In this document: one piece after another, positions 47,350 to 55,883 of the stretch
How positions within the stretch are numbered: the stretch's first letter is position 1
Layout: each line of letters begins with the position of its first letter
Virus record (IMG/VR): IMGVR_UViG_3300049893_000724
Location: 120,460-184,459 of that record
DNA from: a virus
Direction: 5' to 3' (one strand)
DNA: 64,000 bases
The notes under the pieces: model-generated
Told to the model about the DNA's origin: nothing
Database searches by the model: none
The model's input: the letters and a program-made list of their open reading frames with translations, nothing else
Translations under genes and position numbers: made by a program

Positions 47350-47487
47350 TCAATAAAACTCCGCAAGATAATAATCAACAGGAACTTCTAAACGTGCTGC
47401 TTCACGCTCAACTTCTTTCCAAAACTCTTCTGCTGCTTTATTCATCTCTGCTTTTTTGATGAGGTCTTGGATGCGTTTTGGAATCAT
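47350..47487 (-). CDS. 45-aa protein ending EAARLEVPVDYYLAEFY (not in ORF track)
   Basis: Manual translation; resembles 38835..38969. Confidence 0.7.
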   Translation of the reverse strand: MIPKRIQDLIKKAEMNKAAEEFWKEVEREAARLEVPVDYYLAEFY

Positions 47488-47818
47488 TTTCGTCTAGGTA
47501 ATCGAAGTGTTTAGAGAATAGAACTGTAAAAAACCAAGCAAATGCTGCTGAGATGATGAGAAAGTAAATCACCTTTGATTTACTATCGCCTGCTGACGAT
47601 AGTACGCTTTATAGAGTTTTTCATCACGTTGGATTAGAAATACATTCCATCCAATCATTGCAATGAAACCAAGAGCGAAAGTGATGACATACTTACGGTT
47701 CATTTTTCAGTCTCAACAGTTGTCTTCAGAAGTTCATAATCTTGTTTTTTGTTGTAGATATTCATAACAAGATCCACAACACAATAACCAAAGGCAAATC
47801 CTGCCATAATTGAAGTAA

Positions 47819-48226
47819 TCATACTGCTAGTGCTCCGTTAGGGATTTCAACGATTTCGGGGAGTTTCTCCTCAAAGGTATTCATATCATAGCACACCCAT
47901 TCACCACTGCGGAAGACATAGGCATACTCTTCACCTTCACGAAGATACTCACAGAGGTCAGCATCAAGGCGAGGAGGGCAATCATCACCGCGATAAGAAT
48001 AATAGTTAGGACCATAAACACCTTTCTTACCACTATCATCCCAACGCTCATCAGTCCAGGCACAGGACACATCACCACCATCAATCAGTTCTTCAGCAAG
48101 AGATTTGGTGTTGTAGTGAGTAGTCAGAATACGACCCAACCATTCGGGATAACCATCCCAGTGGTGATACACGGAAAGAATAGAACCGTCTTTGAGTTCA
48201 AGACCAATTCGTGAGCGAGTTGCCAT
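47819..48226 (-). CDS. Early phage protein (YHHWDGYP motif)
   Basis: MATRSRIG...SVYHHWDGYPEWLG...EEYAYVF; first gene after R11. Confidence 0.8.
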   Translation of the reverse strand: MATRSRIGLELKDGSILSVYHHWDGYPEWLGRILTTHYNTKSLAEELIDGGDVSCAWTDERWDDSGKKGVYGPNYYSYRGDDCPPRLDADLCEYLREGEEYAYVFRSGEWVCYDMNTFEEKLPEIVEIPNGALAV

Positions 48227-48252
48227 CAGAGAGTTGTGCTTATACTACAGGG

Positions 48253-48271
48253 ACACTTTAAGTGGCTCAGT
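48253..48271 (-). repeat. Cassette repeat R11
   Basis: Exact 19-mer. Confidence 0.9.
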
Positions 48272-48272
48272 T

Positions 48273-48746
48273 TCAGCAACTGTAGAGAAGTGCTCCAAGA
48301 CCAGCACCAAATAGCGTCCATCCATTACTGTTAGAACCATAGTTATTCCAACTACCAGAATAACCACCACGATTGTAGTTTCGTTGATAGTTACCGCCAT
48401 AGTTGTAACTATTACCAGTCAGTGCAGATGCAAGTCCAGCACCCAAAGCTGCACCAGCAACAGGATTACAAATACGCTGACGATATTGTGGTTGTTGAAT
48501 AGGAACTGCAACGGGTGATTGATAGACATTACCACCATTCGGGCGATAGTATGTACCAGTTCCGCACTGAACATTGTAGCGGTCTGTATTCACCCGACCA
48601 GAAACATAATTGCCGTAACTATCATAATATCCAGGAGTGTAATTTTCCTGATAATTTGTGCAGACTGAATAGATGTTTGTTTGTTGTGCAAATGCGGGAA
48701 TAGGAGCAGCAATTAGACCAGCAAGTAGAACTGCTTTGATGTTCAT
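48273..48746 (-). CDS. Secreted protein with glycine-zipper segments
   Basis: Signal peptide ending AFA; AGAALGAGLASAL and GAGLGALL. Confidence 0.7.
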   Translation of the reverse strand: MNIKAVLLAGLIAAPIPAFAQQTNIYSVCTNYQENYTPGYYDSYGNYVSGRVNTDRYNVQCGTGTYYRPNGGNVYQSPVAVPIQQPQYRQRICNPVAGAALGAGLASALTGNSYNYGGNYQRNYNRGGYSGSWNNYGSNSNGWTLFGAGLGALLYSC

Positions 48747-48767
48747 TGGATTTGTTATTCTAAAGTG

Positions 48768-48813
48768 ATTATATATGAAAAAAGGGCACTTGTCCAGTGC
48801 CCTTGTGACAGTT
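48768..48813 (-). promoter_or_regulatory. Stem-loop promoter/terminator element
   Basis: AACTGTCAC + AAGGGCACT/AGTGCCCTT stem + T run; TGGACA-17-TATAAT. Confidence 0.7.
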
Positions 48814-48815
48814 AT

Positions 48816-48980
48816 TCAATTGCCCATTTCTTTCAAACTTCGTACCAAATACTCAGTAAACTCCTCCATTTTTTCGGGCACTAATGCTTGTGGTCGTTCG
48901 GTAATAACTTTTCTAAGTGCATTCATCTCATTCCATTCATCATCAGTAAGTTTTTGATGCTTTCCAGATGAAAGTGTCAT
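48816..48980 (-). CDS. 54-aa hypothetical protein (not in ORF track)
   Basis: MTLSSGKHQKLTDDEWNEMNALRKVI... Confidence 0.6.
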   Translation of the reverse strand: MTLSSGKHQKLTDDEWNEMNALRKVITERPQALVPEKMEEFTEYLVRSLKEMGN

Positions 48981-49069
48981 AGTTTTGCTCCCGAATACTC
49001 TGATATGTTAGCATATCCACATACATTATCTAGACATTTAATAATCTCTTCGGGATTGCTTTACATTAC

Positions 49070-49297
49070 TCAATCTTCATCAAAGAATGAACCAAAACTA
49101 CCTTTGCTTCCAGGTTTACGGCTCTCCAGCATATCCATAATCTCCTCAAACTTCTTGCACTGTTCCATATCAAGCAGAAGTTTGGAAAGTTGTTGAATTA
49201 CAAGAGGTTTTTCATTCACGGATGCACTCTTGATAGCAGCACGAAGATGTGATTCTGCTTCAAGAAGATGGTCTAGTGTTTGTTTTGATAATGCCAT
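49070..49297 (-). CDS. Hypothetical protein
   Basis: ORF track. Confidence 0.75.
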   Translation of the reverse strand: MALSKQTLDHLLEAESHLRAAIKSASVNEKPLVIQQLSKLLLDMEQCKKFEEIMDMLESRKPGSKGSFGSFFDED

Positions 49298-49551
49298 TAT
49301 TTTGTACCAAGTAATAGATTGTGATAGCGAAGAACTTCAGGATTTTCTAAATCTTTGCAACGTGGATAGAAGATACCATCACGATAGCAGGCAGCTTCTG
49401 GGTTTGGTTTATCATATTTTACCACATAATCTGGTGGTTGTCTAAAATTACACAAATCTCCTTGCTTTGACATAAAGTTTTCTAGACAAAGACCACCAAT
49501 AAATGGTGCCAAACCTTTTAACATATAAAGAGTGTACATCAGGGTGTCCAC
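49297..49551 (-). CDS. Hypothetical protein
   Basis: ORF track. Confidence 0.7.
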   Translation of the reverse strand: MDTLMYTLYMLKGLAPFIGGLCLENFMSKQGDLCNFRQPPDYVVKYDKPNPEAACYRDGIFYPRCKDLENPEVLRYHNLLLGTK

Positions 49552-49862
49552 TCATAACCATTTGTTTGAATATCTTGCTTTACTTCTTCGTCAACTTGTC
49601 CCCAGAAGTCATTCCAAGCACCTTGACATTCTGGAGATGGGTCATTTTTATCACACTCTAGTTTGACTGGGCGATGACCACTTAATAATTCTAACACTCC
49701 AAGACATTTTTGAGATTGTTCTTTGTGATAATCGTATTCGTCCTGCACAACTTTACGAATTACGGAATAGATTTCGTGCGGTGATGCTTCTCCACACGAA
49801 AGAGCATCGTGCAACCAATTTTCAAGGTTTTCAAGAGAATACTTTTTGTAATCCATAATCAA
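49539..49862 (-). CDS. Hypothetical protein
   Basis: ORF track. Confidence 0.75.
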   Translation of the reverse strand: MIMDYKKYSLENLENWLHDALSCGEASPHEIYSVIRKVVQDEYDYHKEQSQKCLGVLELLSGHRPVKLECDKNDPSPECQGAWNDFWGQVDEEVKQDIQTNGYEWTP

Positions 49863-50059
49863 TCTTCTCTGGGTTTAGGTTTAGAACACTCATTGCAGTA
49901 GTAGGAGAACCCCTGACGAAAGTATTTTACCACTTGATAATGCTTATCGTCAAGGGGTTTTGTTTCGCCACATTTACTACATATCCTTTCCGTATTGTTT
50001 TTTGGCTCGCTTGAGTTCTTTAAGTTCTTCTTTAATTTCTTTATATGCTGCTGCGGCAT
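49859..50059 (-). CDS. Zinc-ribbon ORF overlapping the upstream gene (start uncertain)
   Basis: CSKCGETKPL...FSYYCNEC; nearest in-frame ATG is inside 49977..50159. Confidence 0.5.
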   Translation of the reverse strand: MPQQHIKKLKKNLKNSSEPKNNTERICSKCGETKPLDDKHYQVVKYFRQGFSYYCNECSKPKPRED

Positions 50060-50159
50060 CAATTTTGTTGCCCATTTCAAGAGCAATAATGATGTCCACT
50101 CTCGTACCGAAGTGAGCAAGGGCACGCTCAAACGAATCAAGTTCATACATCTGGACCAC
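49977..50159 (-). CDS. Hypothetical protein
   Basis: YELDSFERALAHFGTRVDII.ALEMG. Confidence 0.75.
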   Translation of the reverse strand: MVQMYELDSFERALAHFGTRVDIIIALEMGNKIDAAAAYKEIKEELKELKRAKKQYGKDM

Positions 50160-50382
50160 TCCAATTTTCTATATTAAGAATATCTATACGTGCATCCACA
50201 GCATCAATCGCATTCATCAATTCATACAGACAATTAGATGTTTCGATGTTCTCTTGTTCAAGTGCAACAATTCGTTCTTCAAGTTCAATCAACTTGGAAT
50301 AAACGTCGTCAGTTTCTACAATTGGTTTTTTAGATGGTGATATAAACCACCTGATAAACTTTCTCATAGTAATTGTCTCCAA
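50143..50382 (-). CDS. Coiled-coil hypothetical protein
   Basis: ORF track. Confidence 0.7.
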   Translation of the reverse strand: METITMRKFIRWFISPSKKPIVETDDVYSKLIELEERIVALEQENIETSNCLYELMNAIDAVDARIDILNIENWSGPDV

Positions 50383-50496
50383 AACTGTTCACCTTTTTGG
50401 AGTGCCAATACAACAGTTGTGTGCTCTCGTGCGTGTCTATCTAAATTATTTTCTTTGAAGTAGATATTAGAACGCTCAACAGCACACTTGAAGATA

Positions 50497-50682
50497 TTAG
50501 CCCACATCTGTTGATTTGGTGTCAGTCGCAGTTTCATTTTTCACATTAGGGTGTGGTGCATACAGAGGGCCTTCATAGTTACCAGCAAACTCTGTTAAGG
50601 TCTTAACTGCTGCAACTACCTCAGGAGTTTCATTCCACTCCCATACATTTCCATTCTTATCAGTAAAAGTTCTCAGGCTCAT
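50497..50682 (-). CDS. Hypothetical protein
   Basis: ORF track. Confidence 0.7.
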   Translation of the reverse strand: MSLRTFTDKNGNVWEWNETPEVVAAVKTLTEFAGNYEGPLYAPHPNVKNETATDTKSTDVG

Positions 50683-50891
50683 AGTTTTCCTCCAACGACA
50701 CCATCATACACTTTAGTTTCTACTTTGTCAAATCCTTCTTGCTTTTGTTTCAAATACCAACGGGTAGCACGGATACATTCTTCTTCTGTAAGTGAAGTAA
50801 TGATGCACGTCCCATCCGCAAGATGAGACTGCCACAATCCATATTTCTTTTCTTCAACATAAAACAAATCATCAATCAGTTGTTTATCCAT
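50679..50891 (-). CDS. Hypothetical protein
   Basis: ORF track. Confidence 0.75.
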   Translation of the reverse strand: MDKQLIDDLFYVEEKKYGLWQSHLADGTCIITSLTEEECIRATRWYLKQKQEGFDKVETKVYDGVVGGKL

Positions 50892-51022
50892 AATGACTTA
50901 ATTGCCTCTTGAGTTCTACTTGCACACTAATTAAATGACTGTATAAAAATTTTTGATACTCATTATCTTTTAGAAGATTGGTGAGATTATCAATCTGCAT
51001 CAACGCAAGAATAATTTTAGTT

Positions 51023-51211
51023 TTATCGCTCATTTTCCCTCACCACACAAGATGTAGTGCATTTCAAGTCACCAGAACTACCAACAACGGTAGATGTGTG
51101 CTGTGGAGTTTTCATATTCACATCCACATAAACTGCATACACATAAATGAATGATGCAACTACACCAACAGCGGAGAACCCCCAAACAATACCAGTGAAT
51201 AGACTTTTCAT
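51023..51211 (-). CDS. Small membrane-anchored protein
   Basis: N-terminal hydrophobic helix. Confidence 0.7.
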   Translation of the reverse strand: MKSLFTGIVWGFSAVGVVASFIYVYAVYVDVNMKTPQHTSTVVGSSGDLKCTTSCVVRENER

Positions 51212-51214
51212 TGC

Positions 51215-51592
51215 TTATTTCTTACGCTTTGTAGTGCGAGTAGTGTTTCTAGGGGTATCCACGCTGGATTTTCGTTTGCGAACTGAACTTGTACCTCCGT
51301 CACTTTTTGGTTTAGACTTTGGCTCCACACTTCTCTTGTTTGTTTTACTGGACTTAGGGGGTTCATCACGATAATCAATCTTTAGAGTTCTTTTGTCTAG
51401 TTTAGAACGAACCAAGTATTTTTGCAAGTCATAGTCATCTTTAAACCACGCAATACGGTTCTCTGCTTTGATTTCCAATCTTACACCAAAGTTCTCATAG
51501 GGAAACAATGAGGTATCAATCATAGACATTTTGTTCCTGCTGAATACGGTCCAAGTAATGATACATTGTCTCTCTGGAATACCTAAACTCAC
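51215..51592 (-). CDS. Hypothetical protein with basic C-terminal tail
   Basis: Start probably MSMIDTS; FPYE.FGVRLE motif. Confidence 0.7.
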   Translation of the reverse strand: MSLGIPERQCIITWTVFSRNKMSMIDTSLFPYENFGVRLEIKAENRIAWFKDDYDLQKYLVRSKLDKRTLKIDYRDEPPKSSKTNKRSVEPKSKPKSDGGTSSVRKRKSSVDTPRNTTRTTKRKK

Positions 51593-51752
51593 GAAAACGT
51601 TGTGGGTTTTTCTTTTCCATCTTGATAAGCATATTCAGCCAATCATAGCGTTTGTCGAGAACATAACCATAACGACGCTCATCGTGCATCAAATCAAAAA
51701 TAGAAATCATCAGTCTAGGTGCTTTGGTTTGTCGGTGTCGAATGTCGTCCAC
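51516..51752 (-). CDS. Hypothetical protein
   Basis: Start probably MISIFDLMH. Confidence 0.65.
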   Translation of the reverse strand: MDDIRHRQTKAPRLMISIFDLMHDERRYGYVLDKRYDWLNMLIKMEKKNPQRFREFRYSRETMYHYLDRIQQEQNVYD

Positions 51753-51895
51753 TTTGCTATCTTAAGGCACATCAGCAAAGTTTGGTGTTCGCGCTGATAC
51801 AAATTCCAATCTTTTTTGAGTTTTGCTGCGTGTCTTCTACGATAAGCACAGCACCAGACGTTATAGTAAATCTTATCCTTTTCAGACAGTTTCAT
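51710..51895 (-). CDS. Hypothetical protein
   Basis: ORF track. Confidence 0.7.
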   Translation of the reverse strand: MKLSEKDKIYYNVWCCAYRRRHAAKLKKDWNLYQREHQTLLMCLKIAKWTTFDTDKPKHLD

Positions 51896-52151
51896 CGCTG
51901 TAGTTCACATAAAGATTATCACCGCCAATATTAAGGTGATACACTGCACCATCGTTATGGTAGATCCCTAACCATACTGCTTTACCTTCTTCCATCACTT
52001 CATAGTGAACCATCTTCACATTTTCCCAAACAAGTTCATCTGGGTTTTTTACAAATCTACTCATTGGTTTTTCTACTCTCTTGTATTTTACACCCATAAT
52101 GGTTGCGGTGTCTCCTTCTATGAGAACTTTTGAGATGTCTATTTCAGTCAT
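51882..52151 (-). CDS. Hypothetical protein
   Basis: ORF track. Confidence 0.7.
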   Translation of the reverse strand: MTEIDISKVLIEGDTATIMGVKYKRVEKPMSRFVKNPDELVWENVKMVHYEVMEEGKAVWLGIYHNDGAVYHLNIGGDNLYVNYSDETV

Positions 52152-52436
52152 TTTTCATCACAAAAGTTTCTATAAATTTCCCAAGCAAACTCCAAGAGTT
52201 GTTCTTCCCAACATTCCCAGTAATCACCTTTTTCACCAGTAAAACTATCAAACCCGCAGGATTTAGCAAGTTCAAGAATTTCTTTGTTAGTCATTCTGCC
52301 TCCTCATAAGCATCCTGTACCATCTCTGCGATTTCCATTACTTCTGCTTTGAACTCTGGTTTTGCGGTCTTTGCGATCTCATCATAGAACAGAGTAAGGG
52401 CAGTCGTCAATAGAACCAGTTGGCGTTTTGTGAAGT

Positions 52437-52652
52437 TCATTGTCCCAATCGTAATTTGCGTTCAGGTGAAGGAATGTGTCCGTAGAAAATATCATCATAA
52501 GGGTAAATATAGGTATCATACCATCCAGAAGAAAGTGCTTCCCAAAAATCATCAGGAAAATGTTCGATGGTATCATAACTCTCTAAAGCATACCAGAAGT
52601 CGTGAAACCCATCAAGGAAGAGTTCCCACTTTGTTGGTTCTTGAAATCTCAT
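52437..52652 (-). CDS. Aromatic-rich hypothetical protein
   Basis: ORF track. Confidence 0.7.
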   Translation of the reverse strand: MRFQEPTKWELFLDGFHDFWYALESYDTIEHFPDDFWEALSSGWYDTYIYPYDDIFYGHIPSPERKLRLGQ

Positions 52653-52800
52653 TTCAATCTTTCCAAGACATTACGAATGTGAGATATTGAAAGATAAAAC
52701 TCTCTGGTATTTTGTCCCCCTAATACGATTGCGTTCAGTTCTTCAAGTGCTTCGTTGATGAGTTCTCTGCGTTCAGCAATAGCAAGCATTTCTTCGTGCG

Positions 52801-53262
52801 TCATTCAGCATCTCTCCACTGCTTTCTCATTCTAACATACTCTGGGTCTTTTGCCGCTAAGTCTCTGAAGTGTTTGAAGATTGTTGCTGATTTTGCTTTT
52901 TCGCACGTAAGTGCATCTTCACTCTGGGGTAATACCTTACCATCTTTAGTGTATTTTTTCCCGTCAGAATGATTCGCGTATCTTCTAGACCTCGTAAATC
53001 CCATCTCAAGGAATTTGCGGGCCATATCCATACCAATGAAATCATCGTTCCTTGCGTATGCACAGAACATTTCGTATATTTTAAGAGCAGATTTGCGAGC
53101 AGTAGTCTCATTCTTGAACCTCCAATACTGGCAAATATCTTCGGTGTATGGTCGCACAAGGAGTACTCCCTGCTCTCCGCGTCCAATTCTATATAGTTTT
53201 CTTGTACTAAAATCAGTGAAATCTAAAGTTTTGTAATCAAGTGAGTAATCAAACTCTTTCAT
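52801..53262 (-). CDS. DUF4385-like protein
   Basis: YRIGRGEQGVLLVRPY, DFIGMDMARKFLEMGFTRSRRYANH. Confidence 0.75.
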   Translation of the reverse strand: MKEFDYSLDYKTLDFTDFSTRKLYRIGRGEQGVLLVRPYTEDICQYWRFKNETTARKSALKIYEMFCAYARNDDFIGMDMARKFLEMGFTRSRRYANHSDGKKYTKDGKVLPQSEDALTCEKAKSATIFKHFRDLAAKDPEYVRMRKQWRDAE

Positions 53263-53654
53263 CGTCCAGTGATGTCCTCATAGTCCATAAGTTTACCATA
53301 GCGGAAGTGAAGTTTCAAGCGAGGCCAATCCTCCCATTTGCCTTTCCAATCTTCTGGATAGACTTCAACATATTTGGTAATCATACAAGGACTTATCTTT
53401 CCGTGATTACCATTAGGAACCCACTTAAAGTTTCTCCATTTGTGAGTTTCTTGGTAGTCCTCATCACCCTCTTCGATAATTACAAAGTCAGCGGTATGTG
53501 AGTAATCAATGTAATACAAAACACCATCAGGAGAAATCCAATACTGAGACATTGTGCCACCAATACCATCTTCAATGTCTTTAGTTTGAAGACGAGTATT
53601 GGTGAATTGTTCCCCTAAGTCATAAGAAGAACGAACATAGTCCATCATTCCCAT
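53259..53654 (-). CDS. Hypothetical protein
   Basis: MGM.DYV...LQTKD; ATGA overlap. Confidence 0.75.
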   Translation of the reverse strand: MGMMDYVRSSYDLGEQFTNTRLQTKDIEDGIGGTMSQYWISPDGVLYYIDYSHTADFVIIEEGDEDYQETHKWRNFKWVPNGNHGKISPCMITKYVEVYPEDWKGKWEDWPRLKLHFRYGKLMDYEDITGR

Positions 53655-53986
53655 TCTTCTTCCTCCTCCTGATTTAAGAGATTTGAAATCTCATCAAGTT
53701 CTTCCAAAGTCATTGGCACAGTTTCTACTTTACCAGTTTCAATATCTTCTGCCATTTGATACAAATTCTCTAGAAACTTTTTAGGTAGAGTATCATCTTC
53801 ACCAAGAGATTGCCAGAACCAACTATAACATTCTTCATAAGGGTCATCATAGAACATTAGAGCATAATCCTTATAGTTGCCTCGCATTAGATCAGACCAG
53901 ATGCGAAAAGTTCCACCAATGTTTTTCCATCCGGTCATCCAGCAGTGACCAATATAATACTCAAACCAGTTCAGTTTCTTTGACAT
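53645..53986 (-). CDS. Hypothetical protein
   Basis: ORF track. Confidence 0.75.
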   Translation of the reverse strand: MSKKLNWFEYYIGHCWMTGWKNIGGTFRIWSDLMRGNYKDYALMFYDDPYEECYSWFWQSLGEDDTLPKKFLENLYQMAEDIETGKVETVPMTLEELDEISNLLNQEEEEEWE

Positions 53987-54269
53987 CTACATCATCCATA
54001 TAGTCCCATCTCCAAGTACGGGAAAGAATATCAATATCTAGTCCAAACTTATATGCCCAGAACAACAAAGAAAATGTGCTACCACTTCCAGACTTGATTT
54101 GAATATAAGGCCAAGAAGGCCAATCATTCCAACTCACTGAAAATTGAAACAAACTCCAATCTCTTACATTTAAAACTTGGAAGTACCAGTCGTGCCCGAA
54201 ATCGTATTGGTGCTTAAGATTAAACAGTTTCATTTTCAAGTTCCTCCAAGAGTTTAGTGTAGACATCAA
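53961..54269 (-). CDS. Trp-rich hypothetical protein
   Basis: Start probably MKLFN. Confidence 0.7.
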   Translation of the reverse strand: MMSTLNSWRNLKMKLFNLKHQYDFGHDWYFQVLNVRDWSLFQFSVSWNDWPSWPYIQIKSGSGSTFSLLFWAYKFGLDIDILSRTWRWDYMDDVDVKETELV

Positions 54270-54371
54270 TCGCTGCCTGAGTGCAGTTAAGTTGTTTCAT
54301 ATCATAGATGTATCTTTCAACTGCCTCGATAATCATTTGATGTTTCAATTCTTCCCAACTATTAAAGTTAA

Positions 54372-54839
54372 TCATTTGTTCTCATAGTCCATCGCTTCCA
54401 TCTCTTCCTCAGTGTAGTTAGGATTATCAGGATTTTCATATCGGGAAAGTTTTGCTTTCAAATCAAGAACTTCACGCTCCAGAGCATAATTTTTGTTCTC
54501 AAGTTCAATCACTTGCTTGCCGTGATTTTCTGCAAGCACCAAATCAAACTCATTAGCAACCCTACGCATATCTTCTTCATCTCGCATATCATTGAAAGCA
54601 AGATAACAAGCACCTTTCATAATGTTAATATCATCGTGTCCCATCGTGCGAGCAACAGTACCAAAGAAACGAAACAGTTGAGTGCTGTTAATATCGTGAG
54701 TGGGAATTTCAAAAGTATAATGTTCTTCAGGCAGCATCTCATCATCATAGATGCCCTTACCATAAGATTTCCATTCAGTATCAAAATGAACTTTTAGTTT
54801 GGCGTCGTAAGTCATTAGAGGGGATTGATATACAGACAT
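54372..54839 (-). CDS. Hypothetical protein
   Basis: Downstream of promoter 54838-54866; start MSVYQ or MTYDA. Confidence 0.75.
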   Translation of the reverse strand: MSVYQSPLMTYDAKLKVHFDTEWKSYGKGIYDDEMLPEEHYTFEIPTHDINSTQLFRFFGTVARTMGHDDINIMKGACYLAFNDMRDEEDMRRVANEFDLVLAENHGKQVIELENKNYALEREVLDLKAKLSRYENPDNPNYTEEEMEAMDYENK

Positions 54840-54869
54840 AATAAAACCCCTGACTGCGAAAGTCAAGGG
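54838..54869 (-). promoter_or_regulatory. Sigma70-type promoter with embedded stem-loop
   Basis: TTGACT-17-TATTAT; CCCTTGAC/GTCAGGGG stem. Confidence 0.7.
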
Positions 54870-54893
54870 TGAAAGGACGGTTAAACAACTGGA

Positions 54894-55103
54894 CTAGGTT
54901 GAAAGGATTTGTCTACATATTTTTCTACAACTCTGCGTATCTTCACTGCACTCGGTCAAGCACTCAAAGTAGGAATTCATAAGTTCGTGCTGATCAATAA
55001 ATTCATTAACAGTTGGCTCAAGTTGTTTCCATGCAGCTAATTGATTGTAAGAAATTAAATTGTGCATAATGACCTCCACACGCACAAAGAATATCATAAT
55101 CAA
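54894..55103 (-). CDS. Small Cys-containing protein
   Basis: YFECLTEC.....CRKICR; start probably MHNL. Confidence 0.65.
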   Translation of the reverse strand: MIMIFFVRVEVIMHNLISYNQLAAWKQLEPTVNEFIDQHELMNSYFECLTECSEDTQSCRKICRQILST

Positions 55104-55181
55104 GAATTTTCGTTCATTCTTATGACCTCATTATTCTACAACTATCTAGGTGTTTTGTGTGGGTTTCTTAACATAACTATA

Positions 55182-55883
55182 CTAATATCTCATCAGTTGA
55201 AATGCACCATTCTTCTCTACGATTGCGGAGCAAGTATCAACAAAGTCACCACAACACATATATTCAACGCCATCAATTTTACGAATATTTGCGTGATGAA
55301 TGTGTCCCACAATGATACCTTTATACCCACCTTTCTGACGGCAATAATTTGCTAAATCTTTTTCGTATTGACTGATATACTTTTTACCACGCACAGTGTT
55401 CTTTAATGCATAAACAAGAGAGAAACGGAAAATCCTCTCCAGAAACAAACTCATTGGTGTAATTAGTTCATAACCTTTGTTAAAAACTAATTGTTTCCAA
55501 GAGCCAGATGAAAACTCTGAATGTTGATCTCCGTGAGTGCAGAGATACTTGTCACCGTTCTTAGTCTTATACACATATTCTTCTTGCATTGAGAAGTTCT
55601 TATGATCAAACATACAATATCGACGTAACATTCCTTCATGATTACCAGGAATATATACAACTTCCACACCTTTCTTGGTAAGATTTAAAATTTGATGAAC
55701 GCATTCAGTATGTTCTTTTTTCCAATGTGTGTTATACTTTTCCATACAATACACATCAATAATATCTCCAACCAATACCAACTTTTTGGTTTTGATTTTT
55801 TTAAGAAACTTGGAGAATTTTTTTACATTGCATCGTGTCGTACCAAGATGTACGTCGGATACAAACACAGCATCATAACTCAT
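55182..55883 (-). CDS. Calcineurin-like metallophosphoesterase (LpxH-like)
   Basis: SDVHLG, VGDIID, GNHE, HGD, GHIH, CGD. Confidence 0.88.
   Translation of the reverse strand: MSYDAVFVSDVHLGTTRCNVKKFSKFLKKIKTKKLVLVGDIIDVYCMEKYNTHWKKEHTECVHQILNLTKKGVEVVYIPGNHEGMLRRYCMFDHKNFSMQEEYVYKTKNGDKYLCTHGDQHSEFSSGSWKQLVFNKGYELITPMSLFLERIFRFSLVYALKNTVRGKKYISQYEKDLANYCRQKGGYKGIIVGHIHHANIRKIDGVEYMCCGDFVDTCSAIVEKNGAFQLMRY

Noticed and set aside
35634-48271. CRISPR array interpretation of the 19-bp repeats
   Set aside because: Intervals are about 200-2400 bp and contain intact genes; no constant spacer length and no cas genes
35634-48271. Classical integron (attC/intI)
   Set aside because: No tyrosine recombinase in the window and the repeats lack the RYYYAAC...GTTRRRY attC structure; kept only as an analogy
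52857-53186. Alternative-frame minus ORFs overlapping real genes (also 33442..33627, 41149..41349, 43710..43946, 55487..55669)
   Set aside because: Fully nested in better-supported genes, with no motifs
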